In this document: piece after piece, positions 56,901-64,000 of the stretch
Layout of the letters: every line of letters starts with the position of its first letter
Numbering within the stretch: the first letter of the stretch is position 1
Source: a virus
Direction: 5' to 3' (one strand)
Virus genome (UHGV): UHGV-0176771
DNA length: 64,000 nucleotides
Program-made: the position numbers and the translations under genes
The notes under the pieces: generated by a model
Told to the model about the DNA's origin: nothing
Databases searched by the model: none
Seen by the model: only the letters and a program-made list of their open reading frames with translations

Positions 56901-59900
56901 TTCTAGCCGTTGAAATAACACCTCAACCCAGTCTGTATATCCAGATACTGCTTCTGATAATTTCTCTGCCGCTTCGGATGTATCAGATGCTGCTCTTGAA
57001 AGGTTATTTGATGCGGAGTTAAGATTGTTGGAAGTAGAAGAGTTCCCAATTCCAGAAATTCCTGATTGACTTCCAGATCCTCCAATGCCAAAACTTCCGC
57101 CACCACTTCCATTTGCAAAAGCAGTTCCAGAAGCGTAAGCTCCACCCATGAAAACTTTGGCACGAGAATTTACATATCCTTTAGAAAGTAGATCTCGTGT
57201 CTGAAGGTGGTTGAAGATTATGTCTCCACGTTTTAGATTTACGAATTCTGCACCATTGTCTCCAATGGTTGTGAATTTTCCTCCGCGTACAAGAAGTTCT
57301 GTTCCTAGTTCACCAACCAAAGCACGCTCATCTTTTTTTACACCCCAATCACCTTGGTCAAATGCGTGACCAGATTTAGGATTTACAGTTCCATCTGCAT
57401 GAGCAGTTCCGTTAAAACGCGGCATCATCAGTCTGCCATTTCCTACGTTTGTACCAGTACTTACTGTTTCAACTCTATGTGTATAAATATAAGTATGTGC
57501 AGCACTTCCGTCTAAACCTGACAGCATTCCACTTACTCCAGAAATTACCGGTGTAGCATGATCGCTAGCCTCGATATTTGTATTTGATTCATCAGGGATA
57601 CTTTCGACACTTCCAGTTACATTTTCTGCCGTTAATGAAGCAGAAGCATCTGTTGCAGTAATAACAGCTGTCTTTTGTTCCGGTGTTAAAGAATTCCAAA
57701 GACCAATCACATATGTAGCTTGATCTTGTGCAGTCATTGATGTAAATTTCGGATTTGCGCTCAAACCGTTCCATAAAGTAATAATGCCTGTTGCATGGTC
57801 TTCTCCGATTAATGGAACAGATTTTTGTATGAGTTCTTTCTTATTAATATCATCAATTACAGGAGTAGCGTTATCTACGGCATCTAAATGTACAGGTACG
57901 CCAGGAAGGTTAAGACCGTGTATTGCCTTTTCCATTACGAACTGAAGATCATTATCTACTTCATAAGCAATTGTTCCATCCGCAGTTATAACAGGCTTCA
58001 ATGCTTTTTCTACACCATCTATCTCAGCAGTATAAGTAACTGTTCCGTCTTCATCCTTAACGGCTTTAACTACAGACTCAACATTAGAAACATCTGCATT
58101 GTATTTAATAGTCTGATTTGCTTGAAGATTATTTAATGCTGTGTTCATTTCTTCTGTAGAATTGAATGTTTTAACTTCAATTTCCGGTGAAAGATTCTTT
58201 ATATCTTCGAGCACTTCTTCTTTGTTTTTTACTTTTAGTTCTGCATCAAGTTCAATGCCGTTTTCTTGTGCTAATTGACGAATTTGATCTTCCATCAAGC
58301 TAACCACTTCGTCTGTGTTTTCCCCATAGGCATTTTCTCTGAGAATCCTATCACGTTCTTCTTTTAAACTACTAATTGCTGTTTTTGCCTGTTCAACTTG
58401 TTTTGCATAATCATCTGCAGATTTTGTTATGAGTTGACCAAGATTAGCTTGGGTTTGCTGTAAGTCAGATTCAAGTCCTTTAATCTTTTCGCGCTGCTGA
58501 TCGATTGCTGTACTGTCTGCCCCAGTTGCTTCGAGCCTCGCCAATTCCGCTTTCGCATTCACGAGTTCTGTGCTTAAGTCAGATACACGTTTTGCACCCT
58601 GTTCAACAGAACCGACAAAGTTATTACTGAAGCCATAATCTTCAAGACGACCAAACATGTCCATAAAAAATTCAAAACCTACGCCCATATTTGTCGCAGC
58701 TTGCTCTAAATCTTCTATATTATATGTCCATTGCTCTGTTCCGTCAGCAACTGTCTTAAATGCCATTCCTTTGCTTTCAAGATCAGTTAAGAAATTATGT
58801 ACGCCAGATGCATCTTCTGTCAGATAGCGAGCAGCCTTAGCGTAATTTTCAGCAAAGTTTACAGCATCTTCTGCACCAGTAGGAGAGAAGTAGGCGGCTC
58901 TCTTTTTAAAGTCGTCGGTTCCGATCAACCCTTTATCAAACATTTCTTTTGCTTGCTCAAGATATGATTTTGCCTGAACATAGTCATCACCGGCATTTTT
59001 AGTTTCGTCAGCAGCACTAATTGCTTCGAAATTTTTATTTGCTTCTAAGTTAATACCAGTCGAAGCAAGTGCTTTTGCATTTTGGATCTCAGATTTTAGT
59101 TGGTTAAATGTGCCCGTAAATTTATCATTTACAACTAAGTCATAACCTTTTTCCAAATCTTCTAATGACAAATCTTTTGCTGCATCGCCATACAGTTCTG
59201 TTAGCTTTGCTAGTTGATCTTCAGACTCTTCAATTACTTTGTCAAAACCAAGAGATTTTTTGAACGCCTTTTGTGCTTTGCTATCATTAGGAAATGCTTT
59301 TTCAAGAGCTGTGTCAATTGTCGATATGTATTCTCCAACATTCAACATAGATGTATCCAGAGTCAACATATCTTTAATTGCCTTTTGTCCTTCTGGTTTC
59401 ATATCTGCCATAGGCTGAATAATTTCGCCATACATGAAAGACATAAAGTCACCACCATAGTCTTTAGCCACGGTTTCGTAATCAATATTATCAACATTAC
59501 CTAAGAATGCATCTTGAATTGATTTATCTAATTTTGTAAAAGTATCTGAAGTTTGCAGATACTGTCCGAGTGACTCTCCCATTTTAGACCATTGTTCTTC
59601 GATAAGAAGTTTTGTTGCAGCTATACTTTTTTCTGCTTCTGCATTTTCAACAGTCATTGAATTTATGGCTTCACTTTTATATTTTGACAGTGTATTTTTT
59701 ATCTCATTTGCAACATTTTTATCGAATCCTGATGTTGATATTGTCACATTGCCTGCATCATCAATAGCCTCTTGCATTGCAACGCCATTATCACTTAAAA
59801 TTTTTGCGATTTCTCTCTGAGCTTTCGCCCTATTTTCTCCATATGATTTTAAGCCTAATGTTATATCACCAGAAGAAGATAATTCGTCAGCATCAATTTC

Positions 59901-60899
59901 CATATCTGCCATCGCTTTATCATTTTTGTCAATGGTATTTTGTAGAGTTTTAATTTTGTCTTCATATTCCTCGATTTGAGCAACTGTGCCTTCGTAATTA
60001 TCCTGCAGACCTTCTCCAATCTTAACATTAGCAGATAGCATCTGCGCGTCATATAAACTCTTCAGACTTGCTGCAGCAGAATCTGCATTGCTACCAAGAT
60101 TAAGAATAGCATTTCCTTGTGCGTCATAACCTTCTACGAGAGATGGGAACTGTGACGCTAACTGATTACTAATATCCAGATACTGTTGATATTCCTCAGA
60201 AGACAGTCCTTTGTTTTTATTCGTTACAGTATCTACATTCTTGCTTAATTCACTGTATTTCTTTGCGACATTCTCTATCGCATCACCTGTCGTTTCAATA
60301 TCATCTGCATTATCTGCAAATGACTGACCAAGTGTGTCCAGAGTATTCTTGCCTTTAGAGAACTCAGCAAATGTCTCATCGATAGAGCTTTTCGCTTCTT
60401 TTCCTTTGGCAATCATTTTTTCTTGACGATGAATGTAGTCATCAATCATAGTAATAACGCCTTGAATCGCTACACCGGCAAGCATACCGATACCTGCGTT
60501 TAAAAGACTTGAACCGATCATTCCTCCTACGTTTTTAAGAGTAGAAGTTACTTTACCAAATTTTGATGTGGATTTAGAAGCTGACTCGATATGCGTATCC
60601 ATATCTTTAATGTTCTTCTTCCCAGAATCAACGTCACCTAAAAATGTAATAAGTTCTTTGTCTGCGTATCCCATAGATTTTGCCCAATCAACCCATTTCT
60701 CAGGTTGATTATCGCCTAATCCTGAAATAACTTTATTTGCTTTTAAAAACTCTTCACTTATTTGTGGAGTTTTATTTTTGTATGCATCAAATAAGCTGAA
60801 CCCAGTATCCTTATCATAGTTGAAAACCGTATAGTTTTGATGTACACTTATATTAAATACTTGCAATATTTTATATAAGGAAGAAAAATATGAGTTCAA
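53979..60899 (-). CDS. Tail tape-measure protein (2306 aa; coiled-coil rich, internal TM segment, Big_2 Ig-like domain, Gly-rich tracts)
   Basis: Size, heptad-rich composition, position upstream of Dit and Tal. True start may be internal. Confidence 0.55.
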   Translation of the reverse strand: MNSYFSSLYKILQVFNISVHQNYTVFNYDKDTGFSLFDAYKNKTPQISEEFLKANKVISGLGDNQPEKWVDWAKSMGYADKELITFLGDVDSGKKNIKDMDTHIESASKSTSKFGKVTSTLKNVGGMIGSSLLNAGIGMLAGVAIQGVITMIDDYIHRQEKMIAKGKEAKSSIDETFAEFSKGKNTLDTLGQSFADNADDIETTGDAIENVAKKYSELSKNVDTVTNKNKGLSSEEYQQYLDISNQLASQFPSLVEGYDAQGNAILNLGSNADSAAASLKSLYDAQMLSANVKIGEGLQDNYEGTVAQIEEYEDKIKTLQNTIDKNDKAMADMEIDADELSSSGDITLGLKSYGENRAKAQREIAKILSDNGVAMQEAIDDAGNVTISTSGFDKNVANEIKNTLSKYKSEAINSMTVENAEAEKSIAATKLLIEEQWSKMGESLGQYLQTSDTFTKLDKSIQDAFLGNVDNIDYETVAKDYGGDFMSFMYGEIIQPMADMKPEGQKAIKDMLTLDTSMLNVGEYISTIDTALEKAFPNDSKAQKAFKKSLGFDKVIEESEDQLAKLTELYGDAAKDLSLEDLEKGYDLVVNDKFTGTFNQLKSEIQNAKALASTGINLEANKNFEAISAADETKNAGDDYVQAKSYLEQAKEMFDKGLIGTDDFKKRAAYFSPTGAEDAVNFAENYAKAARYLTEDASGVHNFLTDLESKGMAFKTVADGTEQWTYNIEDLEQAATNMGVGFEFFMDMFGRLEDYGFSNNFVGSVEQGAKRVSDLSTELVNAKAELARLEATGADSTAIDQQREKIKGLESDLQQTQANLGQLITKSADDYAKQVEQAKTAISSLKEERDRILRENAYGENTDEVVSLMEDQIRQLAQENGIELDAELKVKNKEEVLEDIKNLSPEIEVKTFNSTEEMNTALNNLQANQTIKYNADVSNVESVVKAVKDEDGTVTYTAEIDGVEKALKPVITADGTIAYEVDNDLQFVMEKAIHGLNLPGVPVHLDAVDNATPVIDDINKKELIQKSVPLIGEDHATGIITLWNGLSANPKFTSMTAQDQATYVIGLWNSLTPEQKTAVITATDASASLTAENVTGSVESIPDESNTNIEASDHATPVISGVSGMLSGLDGSAAHTYIYTHRVETVSTGTNVGNGRLMMPRFNGTAHADGTVNPKSGHAFDQGDWGVKKDERALVGELGTELLVRGGKFTTIGDNGAEFVNLKRGDIIFNHLQTRDLLSKGYVNSRAKVFMGGAYASGTAFANGSGGGSFGIGGSGSQSGISGIGNSSTSNNLNSASNNLSRAASDTSEAAEKLSEAVSGYTDWVEVLFQRLESQYDLLMSQMERIAHLPDKQQKLYEAMSKNSELLNRTQQAIGTYQSHFDSIVRQSGINPLIVHQIQNGSMDISKYDDDTQKIISELQSYYDKLVDCNKQYDDLLNKQSELAQTALDNIEDYIDMMTGIESSAVDYQEALRELAAAKGESAYSDNMYGSLQESIKNQQDVAGKLQSQIKSYQDEINKLMANGYMAEYSTEWFEAQAALNGFRQEAAEAETTLIELQDQLRELDLLKLQQAIDELDRTAKRLENNTDLTESKGEQISEKDLQAQLDNANAQIQANYNKRQELLRDQAKYDVGSDKYNEYAEEMEKLDDAIFDAMNNIEDLKNKIWEVRWQPFFDGQEALGDLIDQTDDLRGLLNSDAFVGKNGGLTLDGIANLALISQGMNAAKQQIKNYQEALKKLDEDLKNGNISTSEYKEQQKEFLNQISSSVNIVEDYKDSIVDLYTKMLEQENEVAQKSIDKQKELLDIKKKNADYNKTLRKQARDVNTLKAQIAALEGTNNASAQAELKRLKAQLRDAEEEMQDTRDDHEYDVHQNGLDGLSEDLDKQLEETLYDVTRNAEKQEQVISQMLGNIVGNYQQAYDKIQQIINSTGFVPNKDLSNNLGNLGTSNGAQDQVDNSMTNAPNYRPDDWTDVNTGQIQNGTTQDKNDQIQGDISKNPDLSNRPVAEITLSPGTLSIQEGSTGTVSATIRPNDAKNKSLQWVSSNPNVATVANGTVHAVKAGSTTISAIATDGGGATSTNSCAVTVTPKPEPPKPTTPPPSNNGGGDGVPNVGDKVIFASGDYYYSSDGQSPAGNEMRGQEVYITSVNNANWAQKKYHISRTPRFGERDLGWVSLDQLRGYASGTKKFVNGSEIVRINEGNNPEMMVRRGALTGTATTITYGDAVVNARLSKNIMDLGEHKDDIYSSLNIANSLGERPNVTNNYYDKMIEVQGSIDKETYPGMKKVIEGVTKEFTKEAKRAGVHRSF

Positions 60900-61363
60900 A
60901 AATTAAATTCTGCGAAAAATGTTCGCAAACAAAAAAGAATATGGAGTCAGTAAATACAAATTATTCAGATGTTGAATCGCTTATTGAATTTGGCAAAGGA
61001 ATGATAATCGGATTTTCAGATGATGTAAAACGTTGTCCATACTGCGATAACGATCTGGAAACCATCAACATGTCCACTGACGATTTCCTAACCATCCGTG
61101 ATGCGTCCAATTGTAATCGAGATTTACTATTTGCAATGATAAAACTGCATGATGAAGATCCAATTGGGTATGAATTAAAAATGGCTCAATTCCGCGAGAT
61201 AGCAGAACGTAAAAAAGCAGAAGATTCCAAACCACGTTGTCCAAAATGCGGATCGACTTCAATCGCAACTGTCAACAAAGGTTATTCACTTCTCACTGGT
61301 TTCCTTGGCTCCGGTAAGCCTATGAATGTATGCCAGAGCTGTGGACATAAGTGGAAGATATAA
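60890..61363 (+). CDS. Zinc-ribbon protein (three CxxC pairs)
   Basis: AAGGAAG RBS. Start diverges from the tape-measure start with a 10-nt overlap. Confidence 0.45.
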   Translation: MSSKIKFCEKCSQTKKNMESVNTNYSDVESLIEFGKGMIIGFSDDVKRCPYCDNDLETINMSTDDFLTIRDASNCNRDLLFAMIKLHDEDPIGYELKMAQFREIAERKKAEDSKPRCPKCGSTSIATVNKGYSLLTGFLGSGKPMNVCQSCGHKWKI

Positions 61364-61388
61364 GAATGTGGCAGGGGAGAACAGAAGT

Positions 61389-61619
61389 TTATTTGTCGAT
61401 TACTCTCTTCAATAATTTCTCATGCTCTCTACAAATAGTATCAAGATCAAATTCTGGCGAAACATCATCTGGAAGTTTTTCTACTGTTTTGTCAGAATTA
61501 ACTTGATATACATCACCGTTCCAGACAAACTGATTTTCGGAAATGTACAGCCAATCAGATTCAACGGAGTGTTTTGGATACGACAGAATAGTCATCGACT
61601 CGTCTAATTTTTGTTGCAT
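61389..61619 (-). CDS. Hypothetical protein
   Basis: ORF only. Confidence 0.3.
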   Translation of the reverse strand: MQQKLDESMTILSYPKHSVESDWLYISENQFVWNGDVYQVNSDKTVEKLPDDVSPEFDLDTICREHEKLLKRVIDK

Positions 61620-61726
61620 TTTTATGTCATCAATTTTTAATTTGATTTTATATAAATCTATAACTAATTGTTTTTCGTCATCTGTTAACTTAATAATTTT
61701 AACTCACCACCTTTGGAGGAAATTTT

Positions 61727-62488
61727 ATGAAAGTATTAGATATTGTTCCATTATACTTAAAATATCAAAAAGAATACCCAAGAAATGATTATCCTGAACT
61801 ATCAGTAGATAACCTTGTGTATGTTCATGATGTTGATTTTTTCTTTCAATTTAATTCATCTAAATTATATGATAATCAATATGAATTAAAAATTAACATG
61901 GAAGCGTTTGCATTAAATGATACATATTTGAAAAGCATATTGTATCACGAATTCACGCATATATATGATTCTCTTATGTTCAAAAACAAAACAATAGATG
62001 AGTATAAAAGTATTTTGTCATATTACTCGGAAATACATTCATCGTACATCGAAATGAAAAGTAGGATAAAAGAAATATCGAATTCTATATATGTACAGGA
62101 TGAAAAGATCGCAATACCAATGGATATGCACATACAGCAAAAATATTTAAATATTAAAAAAGAATGGTCAAATTATATTGAGTATAATCCAGAAACCATC
62201 ACAGATAAAATAAAACGGCTCTGTTATTTTGTTGGACATTATAAATATCTGAAAGATAATTACGATATACCTGAATTTGAAATTGTATCACCATATTCCG
62301 AAGAAATATACAACATTATAAATGATTATTCTAATGAAGTGTATGATTTACAAGAACATTTTGATAAAATCATTCAAAAGTCAAAACGTCATAAAGACAG
62401 CCAAAATTTTGAGAAACTGCAATCAATTTTGGACGAAGATGCAATAAATCAAAATGCATTATTAAAATTATTCATAAATAAGGAATAA
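61727..62488 (+). CDS. HExxH-motif protein; putative zinc metallopeptidase (ImmA/IrrE-like possibility)
   Basis: LYHEFTHIYD contains HEFTH. GGAGGAAATTTT RBS-like sequence upstream. Confidence 0.4.
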   Translation: MKVLDIVPLYLKYQKEYPRNDYPELSVDNLVYVHDVDFFFQFNSSKLYDNQYELKINMEAFALNDTYLKSILYHEFTHIYDSLMFKNKTIDEYKSILSYYSEIHSSYIEMKSRIKEISNSIYVQDEKIAIPMDMHIQQKYLNIKKEWSNYIEYNPETITDKIKRLCYFVGHYKYLKDNYDIPEFEIVSPYSEEIYNIINDYSNEVYDLQEHFDKIIQKSKRHKDSQNFEKLQSILDEDAINQNALLKLFINKE

Positions 62489-62613
62489 TTGTTAAATGCG
62501 GATCTACGTCAATCACAGCAGGACAGAAAGGATATTCGTTCTGGACTGGATTCTTAGGAAGTAATAAAACAGTCAATAGATGCAGTAACTGTGGTCATAC
62601 ATGGAAACCGTGA
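62482..62613 (+). pseudogene. Start-less diverged duplicate of the last ~40 codons of the zinc-ribbon gene 60890..61363 (KCGSTSITAGQKGYSFWTGFLGSNKTVNRCSNCGHTWKP against [39 protein letters not shown])
   Basis: In-frame translation read by eye. No ATG in frame. Confidence 0.5.
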
Positions 62614-62645
62614 TGGGAGAGTAGTAGTTAGAAATAGAGGTGTTT

Positions 62646-62945
62646 CTACAACATTTCTGTTTCTAACTCACGTATCCTACACATTAGGTCATCACATGAT
62701 TTTTGCTGCTTTTTCAATGTGTATTCACATGGATAATCTGTTTTGTGAAGACCAAAATTATTTTCGATTTTTTCATTAAAATCTTTATGCATTTGGTTCA
62801 ATATCTTTCGATTGTTTTTGTTTAATGAATATAAGAATATAATCATTCTACATTTTGTAAAGTGTAAGAATGTATATATTTTGTAATGCAGTAAGTGTAA
62901 ATTTTTCAATTTTAGGTTCACCACCTTTACCAGTAATTTAAACAT
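62646..62945 (-). CDS. Hypothetical protein (N-terminal part low-complexity; true start may be internal)
   Basis: ORF only. Confidence 0.2.
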   Translation of the reverse strand: MFKLLVKVVNLKLKNLHLLHYKIYTFLHFTKCRMIIFLYSLNKNNRKILNQMHKDFNEKIENNFGLHKTDYPCEYTLKKQQKSCDDLMCRIRELETEML

Positions 62946-63139
62946 ACATCATCTTGTATATTAAAATACTTCCAGTATGGAATATAATCAATAGTGGAAC
63001 CAATATGGATGGTATCTTGTATTTTTGATGACTCTTCTTCACTTAATTTATAGATTTCAAATATATCATCAAGTTCTAGATTTTTTGTAACACTGTTTTG
63101 CATGTGGAACTCACCTTCTTTTACAATATTTATATGCAC
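62927..63139 (-). CDS. Hypothetical protein
   Basis: ORF only. Confidence 0.25.
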   Translation of the reverse strand: MHINIVKEGEFHMQNSVTKNLELDDIFEIYKLSEEESSKIQDTIHIGSTIDYIPYWKYFNIQDDVCLNYW

Positions 63140-63533
63140 AAAAAAGAGACATCAATTAAGATGCCTCTTGATTTAAAATTATTTCACTTATGAGGGCGCA
63201 ATGCCTCATCTCTCTGATAAGAATAAAACTTATCTCTCTATCGTTTTACGACAAATCAGAGCAGTAAATATTACTATTTTTATCAAAATAAATCTCATAG
63301 TTTGGGATTATGCCATCCCAATTTTAAACAGTCATAAACCCACGAACAAATACACATCATATAAGGCAGGTAAAATAATATCATTTGTTACACTGTTGTT
63401 TGTCCATTTTTATTTAATAAAACACAGTCAAATGTTGTTTTATCTCTAGCAATTTCACAATTACATATCAATTCATCAAGAATTAAATTATTTTCAATAT
63501 TATCATTTTTCATCTCGTTTTTTTCAATTAAAA

Positions 63534-63998
63534 TCATTTCCAATTTATATTCCACCTTTTTAAAGTATCAATTGTTACATTCGGATTTAGATATTTCATA
63601 ATTTCTAACCCTTTATATTTTACTTCTGTTTCGTCATGAATGTTCCAAAAATGATGTACAATTTCTTCTATATATGCATAAGTTATAATTAAAAAATTAT
63701 TTGCCTTCCTTAATCTATTCATATGATAAATGATTAATGAAAATGTAGATGCACAACATTTTTCATCTTCTTCGTCAATTATTAATTCGTCACCGCCTAA
63801 AAAAACAACACTTGCCTTTTTGATACTTTCTTTGGTTATTCCATCTTTTTTCATGACAACTGCTGCGTATTTTAACACAAGTGCAAAAGCTTTCAATTCA
63901 TCTATTGACATTTCACAAGTTGATATTAATTCTATTTTGTCTTCAAATATATCTGGTTTTACAATATCGTGTATTGGAACAACATTTCTTACTCCCAT
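63534..63998 (-). CDS. Hypothetical protein (154 aa), start at the window edge
   Basis: ORF with ATG at 63998-63996. Confidence 0.35.
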   Translation of the reverse strand: MGVRNVVPIHDIVKPDIFEDKIELISTCEMSIDELKAFALVLKYAAVVMKKDGITKESIKKASVVFLGGDELIIDEEDEKCCASTFSLIIYHMNRLRKANNFLIITYAYIEEIVHHFWNIHDETEVKYKGLEIMKYLNPNVTIDTLKRWNINWK

Positions 63999-64000
63999 AT

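Noticed and set aside
63301-63326. Palindrome TTTGGGATTATGCCATCCCAA resembling the TTTGGGA/TCCCAAA half-sites at 26.4 kb; considered as the missing distal Tn7-like end
   Set aside because: Single site only; an end normally carries three or more binding sites. The 7-nt core is expected several times by chance in 64 kb. It would also imply a 37-kb element including the whole tail module. Noted for a genome-wide motif search only.

Overview
The window reads as part of a large, AT-rich, double-stranded DNA phage or prophage. The anaerobic ribonucleotide reductase (NrdD/NrdG), the Crh/HPr-like protein, the XkdX-like protein and the amidase endolysin point to an anaerobic, low-GC Gram-positive (Firmicutes-type) host. 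All domain calls are from motif reading by eye; no database search was possible.

The left arm (1 to 26 kb, + strand) begins with a tRNA-end maintenance cluster (a weakly supported Thg1-like protein, a class-II CCA-adding enzyme and a DHH/DHHA1 phosphoesterase). It continues with a recombination pair (an SSB-like protein with an acidic tail and a Sak4/AAA_24-like ATPase) and a largely self-contained replisome (DnaB-like helicase, TOPRIM primase, RecJ-like DHH exonuclease, PHP-domain DNA polymerase III alpha, NAD-dependent ligase LigA, ERCC4-type nuclease). It ends with a nucleotide-metabolism block (FolD, a ThyX-fold protein with altered dUMP-binding residues, guanylate kinase, NrdD/NrdG, dUTPase).

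At about 26.3 kb there is a dense array of direct and palindromic repeats with core TTTTTGGGARAA. It sits immediately upstream of a complete Tn7-like core transposition operon: a short TnsA-like endonuclease, a TnsB DDE transposase, a TnsC AAA+ ATPase and a TnsD/TniQ target selector. The element carries no Cas genes and I could not find its second end.

The right arm (31.6 to 60.9 kb, - strand) holds an amidase endolysin, an XkdX-like protein, a long series of tail-fibre and structural proteins (including paralogous Ig-like-repeat proteins and a collagen-like protein), a Tal-like baseplate protein, Dit and a 2306-aa tape-measure protein. Between Dit and the tape-measure gene lies an unusual 1.1-kb non-coding island. 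It has a perfect-consensus sigma70-type promoter on the + strand, an RBS-led 33-aa hydrophobic toxin-like peptide, hairpin terminators, a perfect 18-bp palindrome and 33-bp direct repeats. The last 3 kb carry a small + strand cassette (a zinc-ribbon protein and an HExxH metallopeptidase-like protein) flanked by a diverged duplicate of the zinc-ribbon gene's 3' end.
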